A stretch of DNA of 64,000 nucleotides from Moniliella sp. 'wahieum' (taxonomy: Eukaryota), in the NCBI GenBank assembly GCA_003971905.1, contig RSEE01000005.1, positions 992,001-1,056,000 on the forward strand. Direction: 5' to 3'. Under the pieces are notes generated by a model, which saw only the letters and a program-made list of their open reading frames with translations, did not search any database and was not told the DNA's origin. The position numbers were made by a program, and so were the translations under genes. Below, piece by piece: positions 1 through 12,605 of the stretch (its first letter is position 1; the number at the start of each line of letters is the position of its first letter).

Positions 1-191
1 GCAGGCGGGGTTCTTTCTACGACGCTGTCCCGCAGCCGGAGAAGCATGGCTGCTGACTGCTGGCTGCTGACGCCGACAGCCAACGACGGCTAAAAGTGCT
101 GCGCTCTGCCTGCGGCCGTCCTGTGCCCCTCCTTTCCTTCTCGCCACCGCCCCCCCCCCCTCACCACCACTAGCCCCCTTCCGCATCCGCC

Positions 192-1666
192 ATGCCCACC
201 CCTCCATCTGCGTATTCCAGCACCACACCCCCTACGAGGCCTCCGCCCCCTCGGACCCCGTCAGCCCCACCCACGTCTTTAGCGCCAGCACCCTCCCGCG
301 CTCTCTCGACCCGCCCGCCCGCGCGAGCCTCGACAGTGTCTTTGCCTACTCCCCTGCCCCCCTGTCCGCCACACCTCCGTCTCCACTGGCCCGCGCTGGG
401 CCGCGTCGATCGACAATCTGCGTGGTGCCTCGCAGACGCAAGCCTCGCATTATGCGTACTCGGGGTACCCCTACCCTTATGGCGATCCGGCCGCGGCCTT
501 GGCTCAAGCGGGTGCCGACGACGACATTATTCCCAACGCGATTGTCATCAAGAACATTCCCTTTAGCTTGCCTAAGGAGGCGCTCTCGGCGCTCATGGCC
601 GAGCTAGGCTGCCCCAGCCGTACGCATTCAACTACCACTTTGATCAGGGCCTGTTCCGTGGCTTGGCTTTGCTAATTTCCACTCGGCCGAGGAGGCGGAC
701 CAGGTGGTGGTGGCGCTGCAGGGCTTTGATGTGGCGGGACGCAAGCTCAAGACCGAATACAAGAAAGTGCTTCAGGCGGGGGAAAAGGAACGGATCGAGA
801 AGGAGAAAGCCCTGAAGCGCATGCAATCCCTCCAGATGGAAAAGGACAACGAACAACGTCGGCGCCAACGGCTTAATGCGCTGCAGATTGGGCTTCCCTC
901 GCTGGATCCCCATCCTGCGTCGTACTCGCCGCTTACCTCGACCCCTGTCACCTCGTCGCTGGGCATAAGCGGTGTGCCGGCCACGAACGCGGCGGCGCCG
1001 TCCCATCCCCTCTCATTTCATTCCAGGCAAGAAAGATGAGCTGAACATGAACGACCCGACCACCTTGGACATTTACTCGCGCGTGGTCATCTTTCAAGAC
1101 GATCGGATGCGCGACGAGTTGGCATTTAGCAAGTCTCTGTCACCGCTGGAGCGGAGAGTGGTACACCTGGTCGCTCAGCGGCTCAGTCTGTTCCACTATT
1201 CGACCGGGGTGGGAGAAGAACGCTGTGTGGTAGTGAGCAAGGTTGAGCCACCTAACCGCGTCCGCACGCATCAAGCCAAACCCGCCGTCTGCGGACTAAA
1301 CCGTCCACGTCAACGCTGCCTGGTACGCCGAATGCGGCGGTGGGCGCGCTACCGTATGGCCCTATTCCGGACCTGGTCGCGTCCCAAGCACGAATCAATT
1401 CGATGCGCAGCTTTGCCGCCCTGCGCCGAGCCGCTGGCAGCTCCTACGTTCGTGATGCCCCGCCCGCGCTGCCGGAACCCAGTGCACTGCCATCGCTCTT
1501 GGCCGACTTGCGGTTGGATCCGACGTCGGACCCGCCGCGGCAGACCGATGGGTCCAGCCCCAGCCGGTCGCGACGCGGGTGTGAACGTCAAGGGCAGAGC
1601 TCTTGTCTTTTACTTAGCATGAACGATGGGGACGACTTTGAGCCGTCGCGCTACCGCTCTGCCTAG
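192..1666 (+). CDS. PIN4: RRM + R3H RNA-binding protein (Pin4/Cip1-Cip2 family), frameshifted in the assembly
   Basis: Stitched frames give 'PTAIVIKNIPF', 'YAFNYHFDQGLFRGLA', 'LQGFDVAGRKLKTEYKKVL' (RRM) and 'LNMNDPTTLDIY..LSPLERRVVHLVAQRLSLFHYSTGVGEERCVVVSK' (R3H). The start codon is uncertain. Confidence 0.8.
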
Positions 1667-2622
1667 ATACAGATACCGAGATACTTGATACGACCGACCA
1701 ACACCTTGCGTTTTTTCCCCTCTGATCACGATGCCGTTTTCTTTTGTTTCTTTACGACCGTTGAACGTGTCCTTGTTATCGGGCTCCGTATGGCCTCATA
1801 TGCCCCTCGCCCCTCCTCTCGCCGTCCCTCTTTGACTCATTTTCACGCCCTGCCCCTGCATTTTCCCCTTCCCGCTTCGGTTTACACTTTTATGATTCCA
1901 CTCATGCACGTGGTTTGGCCTTCTCTTTGCCCCCAAAGGGGCAAGGGTGCCGATCCCGCAAGGTATGAGACTGATATGGCACAGGGCGCCACACAGGTCC
2001 GCATGCGCATATCGATAGCCACATAGACAAACCAGTTTGACACGGACCCTTCAGCTGCGGCTTGGGGAGTTAGAGAGGGCGGGGTTGCACGAGATTCCTT
2101 TTTTTACTTCAGTTAGCATACATCATGCAGTTGCCTCTCTTGACACCTTCCAACGTTCGCTGCGTACGGTGCTACGCCGGAAAGGGTGCCCGAACCAGCT
2201 CAATGCTGCCTCTTCAAGCTTCAGAGGCGAACTTTGTTGATCGGGGTGCCGGGGTCCTTGTTGCTCGGGTCGGGAAGCTTGTTACAGTGGACTTGCTGCG
2301 TCAAGACTCAGGGAGCGGAGCAGAGGAGAGGAGGAGCAATGGAATGTGCCGGCGGGTGCGTCCATGCCAGTGGGTTTATGTTCCAGTAGGAGAAATGTGG
2401 ATTGCCTCCGCCGTCAGATGGACGATGCCAGGTTAACTGATGCCACGTATAATTGTCAGACCCGAAGCGCTATAGCAAAACCTCAGATGTTCTGCACACG
2501 CCAGTAACGCAGATTGTGAGAAGGACCATAGTATACGCATGACGACTGGCATGTCTGGATGGCATATCGTTTCTGCTGTCTACGGGCAGCGTTGCAAAGG
2601 GAATGGACAGGAGGGTGACGCA

Positions 2623-4162
2623 TTAGTACTGACGGATCTTTTTGTTGTTTTTGGTGGGCTTTGCCTTGCCTCGCATTGGTTTACCATCGCGCGAGTCCTC
2701 GTCGCGGTCCATTGCGTCCCATTTCGATTCCTTGTGTTTCCTCTTATGCTTCCCGCCCGTCATGGCTGATCTTTCAGATCGAGCTTGGCCGCCGACCCGC
2801 CTCAGCAACCCTCGGCCAACATGAGATCGCATCCGTATCGTTCCCACCTGGGTACAGACTCAACTTGACCCCAATCGCGCCTCGATTCGTTGCAGCAACT
2901 CCACGTCGTACTGCGAAACCAGCGACACTGCCTTTCCCGACCGACCTGCACGAGCGGTCCGTCCAACACGGTGAATGTAGTCCTTGGAGTTTCCGGGCAA
3001 GTCATAGTTGACTACCAAGTCCACCGCGGGGATGTCGAGCCCGCGTGCAGCCACATCTGTTGCCACCAAAATGCGTGGTCCCCCCGACGCGCCAGCGCTA
3101 CCCCCGCGGAAGCGCTGGAGGGCGGCAAGACGAGCCTCTTGAGGCATACTGCCATGCAATGGAATGGCCCCAAATCCCAGGATGCGCAACAAGGTGGCAA
3201 TCCGCTGGGCGTCCGAGACCGTGCGAGTAAAGACAATGGTGGAAGCGGCCGCGTTTTCGTTGGCCAACCAGACCAGGTACACCTCCTTACGCTCGTGGGG
3301 CATGAAAAGGTAGTACTGAGTAAGATTATCGGCAGTGCGCTGGTCGCCTTTGATGTCAACCCGCACGGGTTTGTGTAGACTGGCACGTTGCAGGCGTGCG
3401 ACCTTGGTCGTCATCGTCGCACTGAACATCATCGTCGTCCGATCCCGCGGAAAGAGGAGAGCAGTTTGTCGATGATCGGACCAAAATCGAGGTCCAGCAA
3501 ACGGTCCGCTTCGTCGAGAACAAGGTACTTGAGCTTTCGCAGACTGAACCCCTTTGTGTTCTCTAGATGATCTTGCAGCGACCTGGAGTGGCAATGACTA
3601 CATGCGGTTTCTTGGAGAGCGCAATCGATTGCTGCATCATGTCCATGCCACCGACAAGGGTGGCGGTGCGGACCTGGATTTGTGAGCCAAGCGCTTCAAT
3701 TTGTTGGCCAATCTGGTACGCCAATCACTGCATTAGAGGGCTAACGGTTAGAATCCACCATTGCACAGTGGGAGGGGCGTACGCACCGAGTTGGTGCCAG
3801 AACACAGGCAAACAGCTCTTGTGGCGCATTCCACAATGCTTGCAGGACAGGGATGGAAAAGGCAGCTGTCTTGCCCGAGCCGGTCTGGGCAAGACCAATA
3901 ACATCACTTCCCTGGAGGGCAGCTGGGATAGCCTTGGCCTGGATGGGGGTGGGCGCCTTGAAACCTAGGGCAGTACAGGCCTCGCAGATGGGCTCGATCA
4001 CGCCTAGCTCCTGGTCTGAGCAGCGGGTGGGGCGTCTTCCCCCGCTTCCGAGTCTGATGTTGAGCTAGATGCATGGGAGAGATACGTGTCCTCTTCGGGG
4101 GTTCCCTCTCGCGATGCAGATGGCTGCGGGGCAGGGGCCGGCTTGAGTGGTTTGAAAGCCAT
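2623..4162 (-). CDS. RRP3: DEAD-box rRNA helicase Rrp3/DDX47
   Basis: Q motif 'GFKAPTPIQ', '[11 protein letters not shown]', 'LAPTR', LDEAD (3508-3522), 'FSATMT', '[12 protein letters not shown]', '[17 protein letters not shown]'. Intron at about 3728-3786 (GTGCGT..CTAAC..CAG). ATG 4162 (MAFKPLKP). Confidence 0.92.
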
Positions 4163-4508
4163 GGTACGATGGTGTTGCTAGATATGCCGGGTGCCAAACG
4201 CCCGGTGTGGGAGGCGCAGAAATTTGGTGCCCATGCCAAAAATCCCCAGACAAAAACGGCAATTTCAAATGCTGGTCCGGGTAAAGTGGTTCGGTGCAAA
4301 GGCCGGGGACATCATCCCAAAGTCCGCTTGAAGAATCGGCAGTTCCGCAGTCTACTAAAATTTGTAACGCACCTTGCCGCACTGCCCCTGTGCGGCCAGG
4401 TGGTCCCTGCCCCAGTTGCTGTTCCAAAACGGACCGGGGCCCCTCCTGGCCGCGTCGAAAGCCCAGTTTGCCACTTCTTCCCCACCACCTGCTCTCTCTC
4501 TGCCCACT

Positions 4509-6368
4509 ATGGTCTCCGCTTCCAAGGCAAAGCGCCAAGCCGAGAAGGCCGCCAAGAACCCCAAGGACTCCAGTTCGTCTAAGACGTCCAAGTCGAAAGT
4601 TCCAAGGCCTCTAAGAGCACCGAGGCCACGGCTCCCGACGAGGATGCCGCCGACCAGATGAAGAAGCTGGAGCTCGCTACCGATCGCAATGCTTCGGGTG
4701 TGCTTACCTCCGATGTTCAGTCGCGCGACGTGCACATCGACAACTTTACCATGTCCTTCCACGGTCGCCTCCTGCTGGACGGCGCCTCTCACGCTCAACT
4801 ACGGCCAACGCTATGGCCTGTTGGGCGAGAATGGATCGGGCAAGACGACGTTGCTAGAGTCATCAATGCTCGTGATGTCGAGATTCCCGAGCACATTGAT
4901 ATCCACCTTGTCCAGGGCGAGGTGGAGCCTTCGGACATGAACGCGCTCGAGTACTGCATTGCTTACGCGAAGGAAAAGGTGGAGAAGTTGGAGAAGCGGA
5001 TCGAAGACATTTCGGCTTCGGACGATGTGGACGAGTTGCTGATTGAGTCTATGTATGAGGAGCTGGATCCCTGGACCCTTCTACTTTTGAGGCCAAGGCT
5101 TCTTCCATCCTTCACGGTCTTGGCTTCACCGTGCAGTCGATGAAGAAGCCCACGAAGGACTTGTCTGGTGGCTGGCGTATGCGTGTCTCGCTTGCCCGGG
5201 CTCTTTTCATCAAGCCTCACATGCTCCTCCTCGACGAGCCCACAAACCACTTGGATCTCGGGAGTGTTGTGTGGCTTGAGGCCTACCTCGCCAAGTACCC
5301 GAACATTCTCGTTCTCACGTCCCACTCCGCTGACTTTATGGATGAGGTGTGCACCAACATCATTGACTTGACGATGGACAAACAACTGGTCTACTATGGC
5401 GGTAACTACTCGACGTATGTGCGAGTGAAGAAGGAGAACGAGGTGAACCAGATGAAGGCGTACTACAAGCAGCAGGAGGAAATCGCCAAGATCAAGCGTT
5501 TCATTGCCTCGGCCGGTACTTACGCCAACCTTGTCAAACAAGCCCAGTCCAAACAAAAGATCATCGACAAGATGGAGGCGGCGGGCCTGATTCAGCCGGT
5601 CCGGGAGCCGAAGAAGCTGCGGTTCAACTTTGAGGATGTGGCACGTCTGCCGCCACCCAACATTGCCTTTTCCGATGTGGCCTTCTCCTATTCGGGTAAG
5701 AAGGAGGACTATCTCTACAAGGGTCTTGAGCTGGCTGTCGACATGGACTCCCGCGTTGCGATTGTTGGTGCCAACGGAACGGGCAAGTCGACCTTGCTGA
5801 ACCTGATGACGGGCGCCCTGACGCCCGTCGAAGGCACGGTCAACCGGCATCCGTCAATCAAGCTGGCCAAGTACTCCCAGCACTCGGCCGACCAACTGCC
5901 ATATGACAAGAGTCCACTCGAGTACATGGAAAGCAAGTACTCTCAAAAGTTCCCCAACAAGGAGGTTCAATTTGGCGTGGCCAGATTGGCCGCTTTGGCC
6001 TGACTGGCTCCCACCAAACGTCCCCCATTCGCACCCTGTCGGACGGGTTGCGTAACCGGGTGGTATTCTCAATTGGCCATGGAGTCGCCCCACATCATTC
6101 TCCTCGACGAGCCCACAACCACTTGGACATGACCTCGATTGACGCCCTGGCTCAGGCCATCAATGAATTCTCCGGCGGTGTGGTGATTGTCTCCCACGAC
6201 TTCCGCTTGCTCAAGGCTGTGGCCAAGGACATTTGGGAGGTGCGCGATGGACGGATCGTGAACCTGACCAAGGAGGAGAACATGGACATCGAGGCTTACA
6301 AGAAGAGGCTTCATTCGGAAACGGCCGAACAGATCAAGAAGGCCGAGCTGCTCACCAAGCGGAGCTAA
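4509..6368 (+). CDS. ARB1: ABC-F family ATPase Arb1/ABCF2
   Basis: N-terminus 'MVSASKAKR'. Two ABC cassettes: 'YGLLGENGSGKTT', 'LSGGWRMRVSLARALF..LLLDEPTNHLD', 'IVGANGTGKSTLL', 'LSDGLRNRVVF', 'VVIVSHDFRL'. No transmembrane domains. Confidence 0.93.
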
Positions 6369-7475
6369 ATCCTTCCTCTCTTGTTCTCCTCACCGAGTGC
6401 TTCGGTTCCTTCTTTCACCAGTACCTTGCCGCATCGGTACCTATGCATGCACCGTGTTGCTGGCGATTAACAACACGCATTGTCCTTCACGCCTACTTAT
6501 GAGCACCTTGGTGAGAGTCATCATCAACTGCAATGGTCACGGCGAACTTCTCGTGCGATCTAGCAATAAATGTTGCGAAGAAAACCATCTATTAAAAATG
6601 GATAAGCTGGTGGAGCAGCAGAGATATAGACGAATTAAATAGCTCCAGCTGCAAGAAGGCGAAAGAAAAGGCAAAAAGACAATAACAACGAGCTTGAAGG
6701 AAGAACGCAGCGGCTTACTGACCATCCCGACCGTGCCTGTGGGGGTGAGGTATGGAAGAGCTGTGCGGGTCATTCGTTACCTACTGTTTTGCGAGATGTG
6801 TGGCAGCAAGAAAAGTACATCTCAAAAGGACAAAAGAAAAGATAACCGGCCTCATATAAGGCCCAATAGGTCTAAGGCATATAACAGCCCTAAGATGTCT
6901 AGCACTTATATAGGCCCTTTGGCCTTTCAGGCTATAGAAGGCCATAGGCCTTCGGTCTATCTTCTTCCGTCCTATACATACGCATGGACATACCCTGCTC
7001 TGCTCCGCTCGGAGACACACATGTGATTCTCACGTACGGGTTGGTGCGAATCACGCCTGTCATCTCGTATCATATATCATAGCTGCTCAGTGTGGGACTC
7101 AGTGGGTGTATTTGTGCATACACGCGCCTAGCGTAACTGTACAGCAAAAGGATGTTTGCGGGAGAATCGTGGCATATGAGACACACCCTCTCCTGCGGGA
7201 CGTTTTGCAGAGACGGTCCGTCACGCGTCACTCGCCACTAATCACTACGTCACATACTCGCCCTTGGCCTACGCCTTCAACTTGTTCAAGCTTGATCTCG
7301 ATAATCGCTGATCCATCATTGATGAGATAGATGGCCTTTTTGCTTTGTCCATTGCTCCACCTTGCACAGGTCCTTCCTTTACCGTACCCGCCACCACCTC
7401 GGTCACCGCCACCCTGCCTTCCCTTTTACCTATTCCCCCATCCCACCATCCCCGCCTCGTTCGCATCATCCTATC

Positions 7476-10400
7476 ATGGGTGCAAACGACATTGCGGGCA
7501 ACGGCGATGGAAGTTCCTTCATGATTGTGCCGTACCGTTTCCAATGTGACGTCTGCAATGCCGTCTTTCGTCGCGCGCTGTGCTCTGCGGCGCCACCAGC
7601 GCATCCACACCAACGAGCGCCCATTTGGATGTCAACATTGTTCCCAACGCTTCATCCCCACCGACCTTCTCCAGCGCCATGTGGCTCGTTATCACTCGGA
7701 GCGCAATCGCCAGATGTGGGGCGACGATGACAATGAGCAACATCAGCATCAGCATCAGCGCGAACATCAACACCAGCAACCATCTCAACCACCCCAGATC
7801 GCAGCTATCCCCAGCCGCAGCCGCAACCGCAACCGCAACCGCAACCGCAACCGCAACCGCAGTCCCAGCCCCAGCCCCAGCCTCAGCCCCACGCCCAATA
7901 TGGACTTCCAACTTTTCCTCCCCCTGTCCCACCCCAGTTGCAGCTCCAAATTCCCCAAGCGCCAATCCAGTTTGATTCGTTCTTAATGACTCCGACAAGT
8001 ACGCAGCCTCATCAGACACACCTTCAACCTCAACCCCAATCTCATCCTCAACCTCAACCTCAACTTCTACCGCCACAACATCCCCAACCCCAACTTCCAC
8101 CTCCACCGCAATTTCAGCCACAGGCCCAACGGCAGCAACAACCCCACCCCAATCTCGGCATGAGTCTTTACTTTTACCCACCCTTCGACCGAATTCTCTC
8201 ATCCGTTCCAGCCTCAGATTGGCGGACCATTAGGTGTACCTTTATGTTGAACGCATTGGCACAGTCACCAGCACCGGCACCTCTGGCCACCTCTTCTGCT
8301 TCTACTATTCATCTCAGCATCCCTACTTAGGTCGTTGACTGATTCATCTACCATCTTTGGAGACCGCAATACCAGCGTTTCTACCGGAGTAATAGCCGAA
8401 GGGACTTCCACGATCCATGCGTCTCGATCAGCCGCTTCATCCTTCTCATCAAACTTGTCAGAGGAAAGACAAATGGATTGACGCCTCCATCATCGGTGTC
8501 ACTTCAAGCCCGGCCGTGCAACGCGACGCTCGAGAACCCTCGGTGCATCAGCTGGTTCGCCAGCTGTCCAGCATAATTGACCCTGATCGAGGGCCAAAGC
8601 TGCAAACATCGGCATTGTTGCTCCCTATCAACGGAGGATGGAGGACATTGTTCTTGCTGCCATATTAAGCCAACGTTTATCCGACCCTGATGCCATGGCG
8701 GGGGTGGATTCTATTGACAATACGTTACGCTTAGTGTACGCGGCACGCACTTTAGCCTTACCAAGCCAGGCGATTCCTGTGACGGTCCCCCAGCCTTCAC
8801 TAACAGGTTGGTCGGGAGCAGGGGGGGTCAGAAGCAATCCGCTGTCCTGTTCCCACCTCCCGAGCAGAGACTGACTTGGTTTTGTTCACCGCCGAATTCA
8901 GCGTTCACATGCCCTTTATCCATGAGCCCAAGCTTTTCTACTCTCAAGCCTCCACGGTTCTCCTTGCTCCACCCGCTCCGCTAGAAGCTAGCGGATTGAG
9001 CGGCAGTGCCCCACCCGATGATTCTGGTGAGTTGAATGAGGCGGAGGGCGACTTGGTTCGTGCGATGGCCATTGTGGGCCGCTGTTATCGCGACACGACC
9101 CAACCTGCTAATGCATCGGATGGGAAACGGCGCACACCCGAAACCTGCCCTACCCAGTACTATGGGAACGATGTTCTTCGAATGAAGAAGATCCATGAGT
9201 TGGTACGTCATACCTCCTATGTTATCGAAAGTCTTCTCTAACGTTTTTCCTCCTCCAGACGACCCAGGACAAGGAAGTTTCCCTCTTTGGTCTACCCCGT
9301 CACCTTGCGCAGCACCGTCAGCAACGCATCTTGATGCGCCGAATCCAAACGTTGATTCTCACCACGTTGGCTGCTGATTTTGGTCCGAAATCAGCAGCAG
9401 GAGATAAGGATCCAAGCCAGCAGGAGAAGGTGTCCGAGAGGCAATCTACTTCGGTTCAGTTCACGGATGGCGCATTGATGCATGCCTCGTATCAACTCAT
9501 GTGTATCTTCGTCGAGATTGATCGGGCTGTGTACAACGGATTTGACTTGCATGTTCCTTGGCACTTGTGGCTTGAGAGAGAAGAAACCTTGCGCACGTTG
9601 TGGGCGGCGTACACGGTGGACGTCCTTTTTCACTGGCCTATAAGTTTAAGCCTTGGTTCCCCAACCCAGATGCGTTGACGGACATTTGCTGGGAACAGCT
9701 CTGGAAGGCATCAAATGCGATGGAGTTTGCAGCGGCGAGCAAAGCATACGATGCAGTCGCGAGCGAGGCCAGAGTGCCCCCGCCCGACCCAATGCCCAAC
9801 TCTTCGTCCATTAAGGTGACGCCGCAATCCTTCTCTGACGCTGAGCCGCCATTCAAGCGGATTAGATACGAAGATCTCAACAATGAGAAATTATTCCAAC
9901 CTACTGGCTCTGGAGCCAGGGGACTTGGCACAAGCGAGCGCATGGACCGTGACACGCAGTTGCGAGGCGAGTGGGTGTGTGTGCCTGCGCTGCTGCGCGA
10001 ACGATCCCCAAGTCTGTGGGATGTGGTGGGAATACTGCTCCATTCGGATGAGTCGGATGATGCCGTTGTCGCGGCCGTGACGGCGTTAGCAGGGTTAGAA
10101 CCTGGCCATGGAGCCACCCCTACCCCAGAAGCGTCTTCTTCGACTCATCCCGGATTTGGTTCCAATAACAACATGGGTGGTGCAGGAACCGTGGTTAATT
10201 CGAAACCACCACCTCCCGCTCTTTCTACCGGGGCGGGTCCAGCCGAACTGCCGCCGACCCTAGGTGAGGAATCCATGGCCGAGGGCGGTGTTCCTCCTAT
10301 CCACACTGTTGGCGGTGTTACGGGGGTTTATGTGGGATCAAATGATCGCCCCCAACTCCAGCGCCGGTTGAGTGCGACAGGCTACTGCCTTATCCTTACC

Positions 10401-12285
10401 CAGCTCGTATCCAATGTGGCCGAACTATTGGCCGCCGATACTGAGACGCGTCGGCGGCTCTCGTTGTTGTTCGTGAAGCGGAGCTAGTCTACGGAAACTG
10501 GCCCAGATGCCCGCGGAAGAAGGAGGCATATGGGACACGGAGCTCCGCTCGGTTGACAAGGCCCTCTTCTCGGTTCGTCAGAAGATGCATCAGGCTAATG
10601 CCAACTTAGTGGCCCATACACCCCGGTTCCAACGTGCCATGGCGCGATGGCAAAAGTCTTTCACCGCTGCTGGTCTTCCCAGCCCATGCGCTCGTCCCGC
10701 GCATCCGCCGGAAAAGCTTATGCCTTGGGGGAGACAGACAACTGTCTTTTTCCGCCAGCCGTTTTGGCGCGAGCCTTTCTCGCGGTACTGGTCCTGCCTG
10801 CACCACATCTTCCGCATCCACAAGCGCATCGAGACCAACCAGCGCAAGATGAGCCGCCAAGGGCATCTTATGGTTGACACCCACAATGGGGCTGCGACTG
10901 ATGCAAATCCTACCCCTTCTCTGAGTATTGCTGATGGGCTGGCCAGCTTGATCTCTGTCGATCCGACTGCGGGGGAGTGGGGACGATCTGTTTGGCATCA
11001 GAAGCAGCATCAATCCCAGGGGACGGGGCAACAGAACCCGTGCCAAATAAATCTGCAGAGGTGGAAGGGGACTTGATGCCTCTGCCTCTGCCTCTGCCTC
11101 CACCCCTGCCTCCACCCAATTTGGTTGAAAATGGCGATAGCAACACGAACGAAGATTGGTCCAAACTCTTGCATCTCGATGGTTTGGGAACCGACACACT
11201 TAACGCACTTTCTTTGGGGACCCCACCTCAACTTCGGCTCAGGCGTCCCCGCGTCAATTACTTCTTCTCCCTAGTCGCTTCCTTCGTCGCCATGCTCAGT
11301 GGATCAATTGTCGCGCCGCTTGAGGCCGAGCTGCAGGACTTGTCTTACCTTCAGGACATCTGCACACCTCTCCCATCGGATCACACCAACAGTTCGAAAA
11401 ACCGCCTACATCCCGAGTCGGCAAGTACTGCGGCGGGGTCCAACATTTTTGAGAAGCTTCTTCCACTGCCCACGTCAACAAAAGAAAAAAGTCAAGATGG
11501 AGGTGTCTGCCCTGGTCAAGCGAAGGAAGCATCTGGATAGGCAGGTGCGCTTACTGAGGAACGCTTATGGCCGAAAGCGGACCTACCCGGCCTATGGTCC
11601 AACAGGTACAAATATCGATGTGGTAATGGCCGGGAGTAAGGATGACCACCCTGCTCATGGCGCTGAGGAGAGTACTGAACACCAGGCCCAAGGCAAATCA
11701 GCTGGTGGTGCACCTAACGTTAACGTGGGCCCCGGTGATGTTAACGTCGGTGATGCCAGTGAGCATGGGGAGGTTCATGATGATGAAGATCATGATGATG
11801 GTGGTGACGACGATGATGAAAATGTCGTTGACGATGGCGGAGAGGATGCTGCGGATCCTTGATGATGACGAGAAGGAGGAAGAAGAGGAAGAGGAGGGGA
11901 AGAGAGGAGGAAGAGGAGGAAGAGGAGGAAGAGGAGGAAGAGGAGGAAGAGGAACAAACTTCTCCGGGTACAGGGTCATCAGACGATCATGAAGGCCTGC
12001 TATCGGATCCAAGTCATGTTGGGTGTAATTCGACTGCACGTATACCTGCGCGAGGCGTTGTTCGGGACGGATGGGGGGGCACAAGTTCCTTCGGTGGTGG
12101 GGTCGGACGAGCAGATGATGCACATCTTGCCTAGCCTGACTTCGCTCGACATGTCTAGCGCGCTGACGATGCTCTTCCCAAGCTACAGCTGTAATATAGT
12201 ATCGCCCCTTTTTCTGTTGTGCATATGTACAAAGAAGTATGGATCTCAGATCTCAGATCTCATTGCAAATTGCACCCCCGTCTAG
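7476..12285 (+). CDS. C2H2 zinc-finger transcription factor with fungal-specific TF middle region, Q/P-rich and acidic tracts
   Basis: Two fingers 'FQCDVCNAVF..LRRHQRIHTNERPFGCQHCSQRF..DLLQRHVARYH'. Downstream 'FSVHMPFIH' and 'WHLWLEREETLRTLWAAYTVD' resemble Fungal_trans regions. Many frameshifts make both ends approximate. Confidence 0.75.
7822..7860 (+). repeat. (CGCAAC)n hexanucleotide microsatellite inside the TF gene
   Basis: About six tandem CGCAAC units, followed by CCCAG(C/T) units. Confidence 0.9.
11873..11955 (+). repeat. (GAGGAGGAA)n/GAR repeat encoding poly-Glu
   Basis: Tandem GAGGAGGAA units are directly visible. Confidence 0.85.
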
Positions 12286-12605
12286 CGGTAATCGATTGAT
12301 GGTTAAGATGTAACATCCAGGGGTTCTTTCCCAGATGTACTACAGGCGGATGAGCGAGACCTGAGGCCTGATGCATGCGATGTGTAATACTTCTTCCTGC
12401 GCCCCTTGAACCTGCGATGATGTCATGATGATGGTGACGCCCGCAGCCGTGTTTGGTAATTGACGCTTCGCGGCTGCAGCGTCTGTGCGCAGCTGAAATT
12501 CTGAAAGCCGGAGTACTCAACGCTTAGCGCTTATCAGCGCCGGTGTCAGTCAGACTCACATCGGTGGCGGCCCCCCCGCAACGCACCGCCACCACCTCTC
12601 CGTCC

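Noticed and set aside
4963..5850. Long antisense ORFs (295 aa here; also 17186-17926 and 58335-58715)
   Set aside because: They are shadows of GC-rich, codon-biased genes on the opposite strand.
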